Origin: an uncultured Chthonomonadaceae bacterium
Lineage (GTDB): Bacteria; Armatimonadota; Chthonomonadetes; Chthonomonadales; Chthonomonadaceae
Direction of reading: 5' to 3'
NCBI GenBank assembly: GCA_963817895.1
Contig: CAWFQB010000001.1
Coordinates: forward strand, 1,376,001-1,440,000
DNA length: 64,000 bases
Part shown: positions 10,176-20,749 of the stretch, in pieces
Position numbering within the stretch: the stretch's first letter is position 1
Layout of the letters: the number at the start of each line of letters is the position of its first letter
Notes under the pieces: model-generated
What the model saw: the letters and a program-made list of their open reading frames with translations, nothing else
Told to the model about the DNA's origin: nothing
Databases searched by the model: none
Program-made: the position numbers and the translations under genes

Positions 10176-11582
10176 AAGACTTGACCGATTCTAACCCGCC
10201 GCAAGTCGTTGGTCTTCAGACCATTGCATAGGCGGGTTTCCCCTCAACCTCCCGCATTGCCGGCTTTCGCCCGATGCAAACTCCAGTGATCAGGCCGGAG
10301 GTGAGGGAGATAATTTTCCGTTCCCCATCCGCAACGGTGTATATTGACATAGATATGCGATATGATGTAAGTATGAGCATGATTTGTGTCAAATACAGGC
10401 TGTACCCTACGCCCGCGCAGGAAACCAAACTGCGGCATACCTTAGACGTGTGCCGCGATGTTTACAACAGTTTTCTCCATGGGCGGGAGTACGGCTATGA
10501 AGTGAACGGCAAGGCGTCTACGGAACGCGAGCAAGAAAAATGCTTGCCGTCTGGAAACAGGCGCATCCCGAACTCGCGACGGTTCATGCCCATCTGCTGC
10601 AAAATACCGCCATCCAGGTCGAACTTGCTTTCCAAGCGTTCTTTCGGCGCGTCAAGAACGGGGAAACTCCGGGCTACCCTCGTAAGAAGGGGCGGGGACA
10701 GTACGACAGTTTCACCTTCAAGGAGTACGGCAACGGCTGCAAGTTGAACGAGAACAGCGTCACTCTCTCCAAGATAGGAACCCTCAAGGCGGTGGCGCAT
10801 CGCGTGGTCGAAGGCGTGTACAAAACCTGTACCATTCGCAGGCAGGGCGAAAAGTGGTATGCCTGCTTTGCGGTGGAAGTCCCGCCCGAACCGCTCCCGC
10901 CGTCCGAAGAAGCCATTGGCATAGATGTCGGCTTGAACCAGTTCGCGGCGCTGTCTAACGGCGAGTTTATCCCCAACCCCCGCTTTTTCCGCAAGGACGA
11001 AAAGGCTCTAGCAAAAGCGCAACGCAAGGTGGAGAAGCACAAGAAAGGCTCTCCGCAACAACGCAAAGCCCGCAAGGTCGCTCGCCGTATCCATGAGCGT
11101 ATTGCCAATCGAAGGCACGATTTCGTTCACCAGACGGCGCGAACACTGGTCAACCGCTTTGGATACATTGCGGTCGAAAAACTCACCGTCAAGAACCTGA
11201 GCAAGCGTCCTGCGCCTGGGCAGGACGCGGAAACGGGTGAGTTCTTGCCTAATGGCGCAAGCCAAAAAGCAGGATTGAACAAGAGTATTTTAGATGCCGC
11301 ATGGTCAATGTTCCGCAGGGTGCTTGTGTCGAAGGCTGAAAGCGCCGGACGCAAGTATGTGGAAGTCAATCCGGCTTATACGAGCCAGGACTGTTCGGGT
11401 TGTGGGTATCGCGCTAAGAAGAAACTGTCGGAACGCTGGCACTACTGTCCGATGTGTTCCCTGTCTCTCGACCGCGATACCAACGCGGCCATCAATATCT
11501 TGAAAACCGCTGTGGGGCTACACAGCGTTGCGGGTATACCCGCATAGAAGCCGCCGGGATTTATCCTGCGCGGAGTAGTCAC
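10176..11582 (+). mobile_element. Non-autonomous IS200/IS605-family element (tnpB only)
   Basis: TTGAT at 10171-10175 (TAM-like) precedes a hairpin-rich left end; right end gaagccgccgggatttatcctgcgcggagtagTCAC; no tnpA. Left boundary is approximate. Confidence 0.75.
10373..11547 (+). CDS. tnpB: RNA-guided endonuclease TnpB (one frameshift near 10535-10540)
   Basis: KYRLYPT N-terminal HTH in one frame; RuvC GIDVG, IAVEKL, DRDTNAA and CxxC..CxxC zinc finger in the 10540-11547 frame; shift falls at an A-run. Confidence 0.9.
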
Positions 11583-11589
11583 GTTGATC

Positions 11590-12339
11590 CTACACCTGTG
11601 CCATGCCGCCATCCACGAAGAGTTCCGTTCCCGCCACAAAACTGCTATCGTTGGAGGCGAGGAAGAGGGCGGGAAGCGCGATTTCGTCCACATGCCCGAT
11701 ACGGCCCAGAGGAACCTGCGCGGCTATCTGGGACTTGAATCCCTCGACCTGTTCCGGGGTCAATCCGGTTTTCCCAAAGATGGGAGTATCTATCGGGCCG
11801 GGGGAAAGAACATTGACACGGATTTTGCGCGCTTTGAGATCCGCCGTCCAGGTTCGCGCGAACGAGCGAAGAGCGGCTTTGGAGGCGGAGTATGCGCTGA
11901 AAGCCTCTATGCCTTTGATGCTGGCATTCGAGCCGTTCAAGATCACCGAGCCGCCATCGGGAATCAGAGACAGCAGTTTCTGCACGGTGAAAAACGTCCC
12001 TTTGACGTTCACCGCGAAGACTCGGTCGAACTGCTCCTCCGTCACTTGATCGAAGGGGGCAAAGTCGCCAATACCCGCGTTGGCGAAAATGATGTCTACT
12101 TTGCCGTAGTTTTTGGCGAGATGGTCGCGCAGACGGTCTATATCCGCCAGATTCGCGATGTCGCCAACAAATCCTTCGACATTGGCTCCCGCGCTCTGCG
12201 CGGCCTCTTCCGTCTCCTTCTGGCGACGGCCGGTGATGATGACCTTCGCGCCTTCTGCGGCGAAAAGGCGGGCGGTGGCAAGTCCCATCCCGCTGTTGCC
12301 CCCGGTAATCAGGGCAACTTTACCTGCAAGTTTGCTCAT
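11590..12339 (-). CDS. SDR oxidoreductase
   Basis: TGGNSGMG, NAG, YSASK, VDGG. Confidence 0.93.
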   Translation of the reverse strand: MSKLAGKVALITGGNSGMGLATARLFAAEGAKVIITGRRQKETEEAAQSAGANVEGFVGDIANLADIDRLRDHLAKNYGKVDIIFANAGIGDFAPFDQVTEEQFDRVFAVNVKGTFFTVQKLLSLIPDGGSVILNGSNASIKGIEAFSAYSASKAALRSFARTWTADLKARKIRVNVLSPGPIDTPIFGKTGLTPEQVEGFKSQIAAQVPLGRIGHVDEIALPALFLASNDSSFVAGTELFVDGGMAQV

Positions 12340-12474
12340 CTCTGGTTCCTTTCATAAAGTAGCGTGGCTGATCTCACAGACAAGATCAGGGCGCTAGAAA
12401 AATGGGCAATGCAACGTGTTTCCCACAAGCGCGTCGCTTTACGCTGCGTAATGTGGTAACGACTATCTCCTTCA

Positions 12475-12566
12475 GAGCCTATCCCAATAGGCGCGAATTC
12501 GCGTCTGAAAGACGCTTGCACTTTCCTGCCGGGTATTTTCAATATCCGGCCTATTGGGATAGGCCC
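12475..12566. mobile_element. MITE-like element with ~17-bp terminal inverted repeats
   Basis: gagcctatcccaatagg ... cctattgggataggccc; internal 33 nt recur at 30807-30839. Confidence 0.7.
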
Positions 12567-13313
12567 TTAACGAATGCCGCCGGTGGCGAGAAGCTGCTCC
12601 CCCGTAAGCCAGCCTGAGTCGTCGGAGGCCAGAAAAACGGCAATGGGAGCAATGTCACTGACCTGTCCTGTGCGACCAAGCGGCGCCTGCGCAATCAGCG
12701 ATTTCTCGAAATCCGAGCCGATAAATCCTGCGCTACGGCTGCCCTCGGTTTCGACCATGCCAGGATTGATTGTGTTCACCCGTATATTCTTCGGGCCGAA
12801 TTCGCGGGACCAGACGCCGGTAATCGCATCCAGCGCGCCCTTGGTGGCGGTATAGATTGTGGAATTCGCGGGCGTCAGGCGGCTGACGCCGGAACCGATG
12901 TTGATAATGCTTCCGCCTTCGCCTATATGCTTGATCGCCGCCTGCGTAACCAGCACCGCTCCCAGCACATTGATATTGAAGATGCGATGGAACTCCGCTT
13001 CGGTCACGGCCTCCAGGGGAGCAAAATCATAGACCCCGGAGTTGTTCACCAGCACATCCAGTCGGCCATAGTTGCGGATGGCGGCGTCCACAATGCCCTG
13101 TGCGCCTGCTGTCGTCGAAACATCCCCTCCAACAGCGACGGCGGTTCCTCCCGCCTCCACAATAGCCGCGACGACCGCGTCCGCGCCGGATTTGCTGGAA
13201 GCGTAGTTCACAACGACCGAAGCGCCTTCCGCGGCCAGCCCTCTGGCGATACCGGCGCCAATGCCCTTTGAGGCGCCCGTGACAATGGCGACTTTACCCG
13301 TTAGTTTGCCCAT
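12567..13313 (-). CDS. SDR oxidoreductase (FabG/glucose dehydrogenase-like)
   Basis: TGASKGIG, NNSG, YTATK; start at MGKLTGK. Confidence 0.93.
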   Translation of the reverse strand: MGKLTGKVAIVTGASKGIGAGIARGLAAEGASVVVNYASSKSGADAVVAAIVEAGGTAVAVGGDVSTTAGAQGIVDAAIRNYGRLDVLVNNSGVYDFAPLEAVTEAEFHRIFNINVLGAVLVTQAAIKHIGEGGSIINIGSGVSRLTPANSTIYTATKGALDAITGVWSREFGPKNIRVNTINPGMVETEGSRSAGFIGSDFEKSLIAQAPLGRTGQVSDIAPIAVFLASDDSGWLTGEQLLATGGIR

Positions 13314-13617
13314 GTTCGTATCCTTTCTGTGTAGGTTTACATCCTGTTCCGCCATTCCTCGACTTCCAGAAGGAGAGAGGTTTGCCCCGGAGCAATGATT
13401 ACGCGATTCTACGCCCCGGGTCAGTTCAATAGTTCCGAATTTAAGAACTAATGAACTATTCTTTTTCCTGTGGCGGGAGGGGCTAACAACCGGCTCGTTC
13501 TTAACGTAGGGAAGCAGTGTAAGCAACCAGGACTCAAACATGCGCGAACCGGCATTAACGCGCGCTCACCTGACAAAATCCGGCAAATCTGATATAGAAA
13601 CGGTCGTAAGCGACCGT

Positions 13618-13986
13618 ATGACAACACCTATGCGACCTCTCTATCATCCGTCCGTGGAAGACATCACCGTAGAAAACATTATGTATGCGCTTGCCGATCC
13701 CGCGCGCGTGGCTATTTTTGCCGACATCGTTGGTTCGGACTGCGCGCAGACCTGTTCGCGCTTTCTGAACATGAGCGCGATAGCGATCCCGAAATCCACG
13801 CTTTCCCGGCATTTCAAAATCCTGCGGGAAGCGGGCCTCATCCGAAGCGAACGGCAGGGTGTCGAGATGCGCAATACTTCGCGCTGCGCGGAGGTCGAGA
13901 AACGTTTTCCGGGCTTGATACAGGCGATTGTGCAGGCGCACAACATCCAGTTGGCGGACAAGGCGCGGACGGACAAAGCAAGTTAG
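13618..13986 (+). CDS. ArsR/SmtB-family transcription regulator
   Basis: ALADPAR, KSTLSRHFKILREAGLI...RQG. Confidence 0.88.
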   Translation: MTTPMRPLYHPSVEDITVENIMYALADPARVAIFADIVGSDCAQTCSRFLNMSAIAIPKSTLSRHFKILREAGLIRSERQGVEMRNTSRCAEVEKRFPGLIQAIVQAHNIQLADKARTDKAS

Positions 13987-14071
13987 CGCCCCTGGCATAT
14001 TCAGAAAAACCGCGCAGCAGTAGAGGTATCAGGTAGCAGGTGATGTTCCGCTATCCGGAGAGGAGGCTCGT

Positions 14072-15131
14072 ATGGCCGAAAAGACGGCTCTTGTAGTGGG
14101 TTCGACCGGCATCGTTGGCCTGAACCTGGCGACGCATCTTGCCCAACAGAATTGGGCGGTTTACGGCCTGGCCCGGAGGCCGACTGTATCCGCAGGGATT
14201 CACGCGGTTGCTGCCGATCTCCTTGACCCGGCAACTCTTGCAGCCGCTCTTAAGGACATCAGGCCAACCCACGTTTACATTACAACCTGGATGCGTCAGC
14301 CCACTGAAGCCGAAAATATCAGGGTCAACGCCGCCATGGTCCGAAACCTCCTTGATGCGGTTTCCAAATTGAAGTTTGTGGAACATGTAGCGTTGGTCAC
14401 GGGTTTGAAGCACTATCTGGGACCGTTTGAATCCTATGGAAAAGGAAAATTGCCTGCCACTCCCTTCCGTGAGGAACAGGGCCGATTGGACATAGAAAAC
14501 TTCTATTATGCGCAGGAAGATGAGGTTTTCGCAGCGGCAGAGCGAGAGGGGTTCGGCTGGAGCGTACACCGTCCGCATACCATTATCGGCTACGCTGTCG
14601 GGAATGCGATGAACATGGGGGGCACGCTCGCCGCGTATGCCGCGATTTGCCGCGAAACGGGACGCCCGTTCCTCTTTCCAGGCTCCGCCGCGCAGTGGAA
14701 TGGACTGACAGATGTGACGGACGCAGCGGCTTCTCGCGCGCCATCTTTTATGGGCGGGTACGACGCCCATTGCCCGCAATCAAGCGTTCAACATTGTCAA
14801 TGGTGACGTCTTCCGTTGGAGTTGGATGTGGGAGCGTATCGCGAATTGGTTTGGAATAGCCGGCGCCACTTTTCCCGGTGAGGCAACCCCTTTGGAAGCG
14901 CAACTCGCCGATGCGTCCCCGATCTGGACAGAGATAGCCACAAAGTATCACCTGAGCGAACCTAACCTCCACACCCTTGTCTCTCCCTGGCATACCGATG
15001 CTGACCTGGGACGCCCAATCGAAGTTATGACGGACATGAGCAAGAGCCGGAAGATGGGCTTCCTCGATTACCAGGCTTCAGGATCGATAGCTTCTTTGAT
15101 CTTTTCAACCGTCTTCGCGACGCGCGCCTGA
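14072..15131 (+). CDS. SDR of the progesterone 5-beta-reductase (PRISE)-like type, frameshifted
   Basis: GSTGIVG, TGLKHYLGP, NFYYAQED, WSVHRP; continues in other frames after ~14725 (NGDVFRWSWMW, DMSKSR). Confidence 0.85.
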
Positions 15132-15153
15132 ATTCCATAGAGGGACACCCTCA

Positions 15154-16768
15154 CTAACTGCTATTACCCGGTTTGAGGATTTCCACCGGGGACTTGTCCT
15201 GTACCTGCGCCTGTCCCAGCGTGATGACCTGATCGCCCGGTTTCAGGCCCGACGTGACTTCAACGTCTTTAAGGTTGGCGTAGCCGACTTTCACTTTGCG
15301 CTCTTCAGCGACTTTGTTGTTGACCACGAACAAGCGTCCGGCTTTGCCGTCGTTGTCCAGAACGGCGTCGCGTGGCACAAGCACGACATTGCGATGCGTG
15401 TTCAGCGTAATCTCGCCCCGCGCGAACATCTGCGGGCGGAGTGTGCTGCCCTCATTGCGCAGGCCGATACGCACCGTGAAGTTGCGGGCGGCGGACGAGG
15501 CGACCGGGAAAATCTGCTTCACCGCGCCCTGAAACGTCCGGTTGGGAAACGCGCTCACGGTCACGGTTACAGTTTTGCCGGGAGTCACTTCGGCGTACAT
15601 AGATTTCGGGCAGTTGCGCGTCGAAATAGATGCTATCCAGCGCGACGAGCCGCATCACGCCGAATCCCGCCGCCACCTGCTGCCCCGGTTCCACCTTGCG
15701 CTCGGCCACTACGCCCTCAATCGGGGCGCGTATGGCGGCATCCGACAGAGCCTGCTGCGCAAGACGAACGGCAGCTTCGGCCTGCTGTATGCTGGCCTGC
15801 GCCTGCTGTACCCCCGCTTCCGCTGTTGTCACATCGGCGCGGCGCAAATTGACCTGACTGCGGTTCGCCTGCGCGGTAATGAGAGTTTGGCGGGACTGCT
15901 CGACTGTAGCTTCCGCCCGCGCCACATCCTCCGTGCGCGAACCCTCCTGCACCAGACTGAGATTCTCCTGCGCCGAGCGAATTCGCGCGTCCGCCGAGGA
16001 CACTTTGGCTTTGGCGGCGTTGACATGGGCAAGGCCGCTTTCCGAAACGGCCTGCGCCTGATCCAACTGCTGCGCGGGAATGGCGTTCTGCTTGAACAGC
16101 GATTGATAGCGCCGCAAATCGGATTGCGCCCGGTTGTAATCGGCCTGTGCGCTGGCAAGGTCGGCTACATTGCTTTCCCGATCCGCCTGCGCCTGCGACA
16201 CAGCCTGCTGCGCCTGCTGCCGCTCCTGCGTTCGCGCCCCGGTTTTCACCACTGCGGCGGATTGCTGCGCGGCGGTCAATCCTGCCTTTGCCTGACTGAC
16301 CGCGCTTGCCGTCTGCTGATCGGTCAGTTTTACGGTTGTTTGCGCATTGGAAAGCGTTTCGCGGGCCTGCGCCAAACGGGTTTGCGCCTGCCGTAGATTG
16401 GCGCGCTGCTGATCCAACTGCGCCGAAAAATCAGACACATCTTGCTGCACCACGACCGCGCCCCGATGCACCGTATCCCCCTCGCGGTAGTAGACAAAAC
16501 TGATTTTGCCCGCCAGTTTGGAGCCGACTGTCACATCGTTTTGCGCGCTCAACGCGCCCGTCACCTGCTGCGTTTGGGTAATCACGCCGGTTCGGGCGGA
16601 CATAACGCCTACCTGCGTGGCTGTGGGCGCGGCGGGTTTCGCCCCTGCGCCCTTCGCATCGGTTTTAGCCGCGTCGCCGCCCGGTTTACGGCATCCCGTC
16701 AGGCCAATCACGCCCGTTACGGCTACAATTCCAGCGAGGGCGCGAACCCGATTATGTGAATGTTTCAT
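15154..16768 (-). CDS. RND efflux periplasmic adaptor lipoprotein (frameshift near 15600)
   Basis: LTGC lipobox, long coiled coil, IRAPIEGVV, LRPQMFARG, VPRDAV, SGLKPGD. Confidence 0.88.
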
Positions 16769-16809
16769 TGGTAAGTTTCTGAATAGGTTTCTGGAAAGGG
16801 TTGATTTCA

Positions 16810-18867
16810 TTAGCGGCGTCCTCCCGTGGGCGTACTGCCTGTCACGCGGGGCGGGGGCGGAGCGGCAAATCCCGGCCCATTGTTCAGATACGCATAGCGG
16901 CCTGCCGCTTTGTCCAGCGTGGCACGCGCGTTGTTATAATCGTACAGGGCGTTGACCTGATTGTTTTCCGCAAGCGTGAGCGCGTTCTGCGCGTCGCTCA
17001 CCTCTACCAGCGTGGAAACGCCGTTGGTATAGCGGACGCGCGCCAGCCGGTAGCTTTCAATCGCCTGTCCGAGCGAAGCGTTGGCGACGGCAACCCGGTC
17101 ACGCGCCTGCAATAAATTAAGATACGACGTCCGAACATCCAGATGCACCGTATCTACGGCGGTTCGGCGGTTGGTTTCCGCAGTGGCGACATCCGCCCGC
17201 GCCTGCGTCACCCGCCCGCTGGAAAGCCCGCCGTCGTACAGCGGAAACGACAGCGCGACAACAAACGACTCGGTATCTGTCTGAGGTGAAAACCCGGCAG
17301 TATTAGGCGAGTATTGGGCGTTCGCGCTGAGATTGAGAACCGGCAGTTGACTGCGCCGCGCCAGCCGAATCCCTTTGCGGGCGGCGGCGATTTGCGCGTC
17401 CGATTCTAAAATTTCCGGGCGATTGACAAGGGCTTCCTGAACCACCGCCTGATACTCCGGCCCCAATACCTGCGACGCGGACACAATCACGGGCTGCCGC
17501 GTGGAACCGGTTCCCCCGGACGGCGGCAGTGTGGGATTTTGGGGAACTTCGGGCGGCGCGACGGGATTGGCGGGCAGAATGGCGTTTGGGTTCGCTCCCG
17601 TTGCGGGCGGCTGGCCGTTCGGGTTGATGTTTGCATCGGGCGGCAACACGCCGGGCGGGTCCAGTACGGCGTTGACGCTGGTGATGGACAGGGCCGTATC
17701 AATGTTCAGGCCCATATTGTTGTTCAATTGGCCCAGCGCGTTGTCCACATTGGCCTGTGACGCGATCACCTGCTGGCGGGCGTTGTTGGCATCCGTTTGC
17801 GCCCGGATCACATCGAACTGCGCCACCGTACCCGCCGCGAATTTAATTTGCGCGTCCCGCAGCCGATCTTCCGAATTGCGCAGGGTTTCCTGCGCCACCG
17901 TAAGAAGCCCCTGCTGGCGCAGCACGGCGTAAAACGCGGTCTTGGTGTCCAAAACGATCTGGTTGCGGGTTCGGTTGATGTCTATGCGCTGCGCCACTTC
18001 GAGGAACTGCGCCTGCCGCACGGCTTCGCGCAACAATCCCGCAATGTCAATGGGCAGCGACACGGACGCATTGAACACGGGCTGGTCGGCGTTGACAAAT
18101 GTAATCACGTTGCTTCCGCTACCCGTTGTTGTGGTTGTGCCGCCGGTTGTGGTTGTAGTTCCTCCGGTTGTAGTTCCTCCGGTAGTGGTACCCCCGGTGG
18201 TGGTTCCGCCTGTGGTTGTTCCGCCCGTTGTGCCGCCTGTTCCGGTAGTGCCGCCGGTTGTAGTTCCTCCGGTCGTGGTTCCTCCGGTTCCTGTGCTGCC
18301 GCCGTCGCCGGTAGTTCCTCCCGTTGTGGTTCCCCCGGTTGTGGTCGTTCCCCCCGTCGTTGTCGTTGTGCCGCTACTGCCGCCGCCGATGGCCGCGCTC
18401 TGGCTTCGGCTCAGGCGCGTGTAGGTAAATCCGCTGCTGACAGTGGGGTTGAACGCGGCGCGGGTTTCGGAAAGCCGCCCCTGCGCGCGCAGCAGGGCGG
18501 CGGTGGAAAGCGCCAGTTGGCGGTTGTTGGCAAGCGCGATGGCAACCGCGTCGTCAATGCTCAATGGCTGCGGCGGCACGCGCCCCGTCAATTGGTTCAA
18601 TCGGGGCGACGCCAGCAGCGGTTTATCCGGCTTTGGCAGGGGACTTGTCGGCGCGGGCAGGGGCGCTTGCAGTCCCGTTGGCGGCGGCGTGTTCGGAATC
18701 GTCGGGCCTGTTGTCGGTGTTTGTCCGCCCGGTATCGTGTTGGGTTGCGTCTGTGGAACGGGCGCGGCGGTCTGCGCCCCGGTTGCGGGCGCAAGTATCG
18801 GGATCGCCGCCAGACTCAGCATCCACGCGGCAGGCGCGAGTTGCGCAATTCTCATTTCAGTCCTCAT
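16810..18867 (-). CDS. TolC-family outer-membrane efflux protein with Gly/Thr-rich insertion
   Basis: LSIDDAVAIALANN, NRPEI, PLYDGG, RYTNGVST..EV.DAQ. Confidence 0.88.
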   Translation of the reverse strand: MRTEMRIAQLAPAAWMLSLAAIPILAPATGAQTAAPVPQTQPNTIPGGQTPTTGPTIPNTPPPTGLQAPLPAPTSPLPKPDKPLLASPRLNQLTGRVPPQPLSIDDAVAIALANNRQLALSTAALLRAQGRLSETRAAFNPTVSSGFTYTRLSRSQSAAIGGGSSGTTTTTGGTTTTGGTTTGGTTGDGGSTGTGGTTTGGTTTGGTTGTGGTTGGTTTGGTTTGGTTTGGTTTGGTTTTTGGTTTTTGSGSNVITFVNADQPVFNASVSLPIDIAGLLREAVRQAQFLEVAQRIDINRTRNQIVLDTKTAFYAVLRQQGLLTVAQETLRNSEDRLRDAQIKFAAGTVAQFDVIRAQTDANNARQQVIASQANVDNALGQLNNNMGLNIDTALSITSVNAVLDPPGVLPPDANINPNGQPPATGANPNAILPANPVAPPEVPQNPTLPPSGGTGSTRQPVIVSASQVLGPEYQAVVQEALVNRPEILESDAQIAAARKGIRLARRSQLPVLNLSANAQYSPNTAGFSPQTDTESFVVALSFPLYDGGLSSGRVTQARADVATAETNRRTAVDTVHLDVRTSYLNLLQARDRVAVANASLGQAIESYRLARVRYTNGVSTLVEVSDAQNALTLAENNQVNALYDYNNARATLDKAAGRYAYLNNGPGFAAPPPPRVTGSTPTGGRR
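18115..18390 (-). repeat. Coding low-complexity (GGTTT)n peptide repeat in TolC
   Basis: About 85 residues almost entirely Gly/Thr; degenerate 15-nt units. Confidence 0.9.
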
Positions 18868-19147
18868 GGGGCGCGTCCTCCGGCAGGACGCGCCCGGTTT
18901 CTTTGTCGTCGCGCTCCGCGTGTTCCAGCGTGGCGAGCATCTGCGTCATAAACTCGCGCACGGAAGCGAGGGGCAACAGCACAATGCCTTTGCCGGAGGG
19001 ATGGGTCATAATCATCAGTTTGTCGCCGGGCTGAATCGCCAGGTCTTTGCGCAGGTCGGCGGGTATGACAATCTGGCCCCGTTCGCCAACGGTCGCCGTG
19101 CCATAAAAACACTCGTCCACTTTTCCTGTTCGGGTTTTTTCCGCCAT
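18857..19147 (-). CDS. AbrB/MazE/SpoVT-family DNA-binding protein
   Basis: GTATVGERGQIVIPADLRKDLAIQPGDKL. Confidence 0.9.
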   Translation of the reverse strand: MAEKTRTGKVDECFYGTATVGERGQIVIPADLRKDLAIQPGDKLMIMTHPSGKGIVLLPLASVREFMTQMLATLEHAERDDKETGRVLPEDAPHED

Positions 19148-19183
19148 AACTGCTCTTCCCTGCTTCGCAATTTTCCGTGTCTC

Positions 19184-19215
19184 AAAGTATGACATTTCAT
19201 ACTTTTCATACTTTT
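19184..19215. promoter_or_regulatory. Operator-like inverted repeat plus extra half-site upstream of abrB-tolC-adaptor
   Basis: aaagtatga-catt-tcatacttt followed by another tcatacttt. Confidence 0.6.
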
Positions 19216-19383
19216 GTTCCTGTGTCATGGTTATTTACGCTTCGTCAACCTGTGAAGTTGCAAAATAAGTTAAGCCGGGTGAACGCGGCAAATTTTAGAT
19301 ACGCCGGCCCTGTCCCTCATCCCTGCTTGACACACGCGAACCTGTCTGCCATAATAACGCGACAGAACTTTACCTGAAACACC

Positions 19384-20691
19384 ATGACAAATCACGAATT
19401 TTCAACCGAATTTCCCGGCGGCGAAGACTGGCGCAATGCTGCCATCAATTACGCCATCAAAATGGAAGCCGCCGATGGCGAAGGCATGGACGCGCTGCTG
19501 TACGCTATCCGGCTACAGCGTCCGGGCGGCGCGACCCTGCTGCTGTGGCACGACCGCCTGCGCTTGAAGCAGTTCCTCGAAACCTCCGCGCAGCAGTTCG
19601 AGTCATTGCTTCCCGGCGACGACGGGCATATCGAGCGCGCGGAAACCTGTCCCTATGTGGCGTGGTACGCCGTGACGTGGGAAGAGGAGCGCATTGAAAT
19701 CGCCCTTCCGCCCGGAACCTACATCAGCACGGGTTCGGTCTTGATGGGCCATGACCCGCGCTTATTGCGCCGGTTCGCCGATGCTTTGGAAGCGTTCGCG
19801 CTGCGTCCCGCCGGTCGCAGTCTGCGCTACTCGCAGGGTTGGGAAAGCGCGCCCGATCTGGACGCCGAAATGGGTAAAGTGACGTGGGACGATGTGATTC
19901 TGGCTCCGAAGATTATGAGCGGCGTGCGTGAAGCCGTCGAGGGATTTTTCCAGCATCAGGACGCTTTCGAGGCGTTGGGCTTCCCGTGGCGGCGCGGACT
20001 GCTGCTCGTCGGCCCGCCCGGAACCGGCAAAACCATGATCTGCAAAGCCGCCGCCACCGCAATGGACAAGCTGCCGTTTCTCTATGTGCGCGATTTCAGT
20101 TCCGGCAACCACGCGGACGCCGTAGAAGTTATCTTTGAACGCGCCCGCAAACTGTCGCCGTGCCTGCTTGCCTTCGAGGACATTGATGGACTGGTTACGC
20201 AGGGCAACCGCACCGTGTTTTTGAACGAACTGGACGGCTTCCAGAACAACAACGGCCTGCTCATCATCGCCAGTTCCAACCATCCGGGCAAAATAGACGA
20301 GGCGCTGCTCAAACGCCCGTCGCGCTTTGACCGCGTGTTTCACATCGGAATGCCCGCCCTTGCCGAACGCCGCGCGTATTGCGAACGCCTGCTGTCGCGT
20401 TCCACGCTTGCCGAACGCCTGTCCCCCGATCTGGATATTGGCAACCTGTCGCAGGTGGTTGCCGAATGGACGGACGGCTTCACGCCCGCGTATCTAAAAG
20501 AGGTCTTCATTTCCGCCGCCCTGCGTCGGGCGCAGGCAGGCGCGACCACGCTGGACGAGGATTTCCACAACACGGTCATAGATCAGGTCGAGGAACTGCG
20601 CAAGCACCTGCGCCGCGTCCAAAAGCCCGACGAAATGGGCGAGTTCACCAACCCCGAAAGCGAACGAATGGGCCTACGCGGTAAAGATTAA
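19384..20691 (+). CDS. AAA+ ATPase
   Basis: Walker A GPPGTGKT, Walker B AFEDID, SRH IDEALLKRPSRFDR. Confidence 0.9.
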   Translation: MTNHEFSTEFPGGEDWRNAAINYAIKMEAADGEGMDALLYAIRLQRPGGATLLLWHDRLRLKQFLETSAQQFESLLPGDDGHIERAETCPYVAWYAVTWEEERIEIALPPGTYISTGSVLMGHDPRLLRRFADALEAFALRPAGRSLRYSQGWESAPDLDAEMGKVTWDDVILAPKIMSGVREAVEGFFQHQDAFEALGFPWRRGLLLVGPPGTGKTMICKAAATAMDKLPFLYVRDFSSGNHADAVEVIFERARKLSPCLLAFEDIDGLVTQGNRTVFLNELDGFQNNNGLLIIASSNHPGKIDEALLKRPSRFDRVFHIGMPALAERRAYCERLLSRSTLAERLSPDLDIGNLSQVVAEWTDGFTPAYLKEVFISAALRRAQAGATTLDEDFHNTVIDQVEELRKHLRRVQKPDEMGEFTNPESERMGLRGKD

Positions 20692-20749
20692 CTCGCCTGC
20701 CTGCGGTAAAGTTTTGTTACAGTAATCCATCAGGTCAGAGGAGAAAACG

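Noticed and set aside
17942..18424. Val/Pro-repeat protein on the + strand
   Set aside because: It is the reverse complement of the TolC Gly/Thr repeat.
19384..20691. AAA ATPase as a fourth member of the 20750-24521 operon
   Set aside because: Host-like GC and a 58-nt gap rather than coupling; linkage is possible but unsupported without synteny data.
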